A stretch of DNA of 23,148 nucleotides, taken from Myxococcota bacterium (GTDB taxonomy: Bacteria; Myxococcota; UBA4151). Shown here piece by piece: positions 22,968 to 23,148 of this stretch. A model generated the notes under the pieces. That model was not told the origin of the DNA. It saw nothing but the letters and a program-made list of their open reading frames with translations, and made no database searches. Both the position numbers and the translations under genes were made by a program. Each line of letters starts with the position of its first letter. Position 1 is the stretch's first letter. The stretch spans positions 1-23,148 of the forward strand of contig JBDQPD010000052.1 in the NCBI GenBank assembly GCA_040260805.1. Direction: 5' to 3'.

Positions 22968-23148
22968 ATGCGTCGACCGGTTCAATTGATTCTATGGTCT
23001 TGTTTGGTGTTGGCGGCGTCATGCGGTGACCAAGTGGTGGTGCGCGAGACCGAGGCGAGCTGCGGCAACGGCTCGCTCGAAGTGGGCGAGGCTTGTGACG
23101 ACGGCAACGAGGTCAGCACCGATGGGTGCACCACAGGCTGCACGATCG
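22968..23148 (+). CDS. Myxococcus cysteine-rich repeat lipoprotein, paralogue of 6025..7740 (3' end runs off the window)
   Basis: Not in the ORF track. GGAG at 22957-22960 and ATG at 22968 give MRRPVQLILWSCLVLAAS|CGDQVVVRETEASCGNGSLEVGEACDDGNEVSTDGCTTGCTI. Confidence 0.9.
   Translation, partial: MRRPVQLILWSCLVLAASCGDQVVVRETEASCGNGSLEVGEACDDGNEVSTDGCTTGCTI

Overview
GC-rich bacterial DNA, most likely from a Myxococcota-like organism (inferred from Myxococcus-type CGDG..CDDGN cysteine repeats, DAG-type linkers and a high lipoprotein density). I call 16 CDSs, two of them cut by the window edges and missing from the ORF track: a photolyase/cryptochrome (<1..1085, -) and a cysteine-repeat lipoprotein (22968..>23148, +). 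Twelve of the 16 carry a lipoprotein signal. Most look like modular surface proteins built from a Cys-rich stalk plus a variable tip (fibrinogen-like, RCC1, CAP, Kazal or unknown). The most striking observation is a bacterial lipoprotein (3767..4759, -) with the architecture of plant/algal violaxanthin de-epoxidase, i.e. the Cys-rich N-terminal domain followed by a VDE-type lipocalin. It is translationally coupled to an uncharacterised lipoprotein and lies about 2.7 kb from the photolyase. Also notable are a metallothionein-like (CC-x9-CxxC)3 lipoprotein, a possible FEA1-like iron protein coupled to a TonB-dependent receptor, and a DUF5995-like gene behind a sigma28-like promoter. I saw no rRNA, tRNA, CRISPR array or mobile element. 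All family assignments come from motif recognition by eye, not from database searches.
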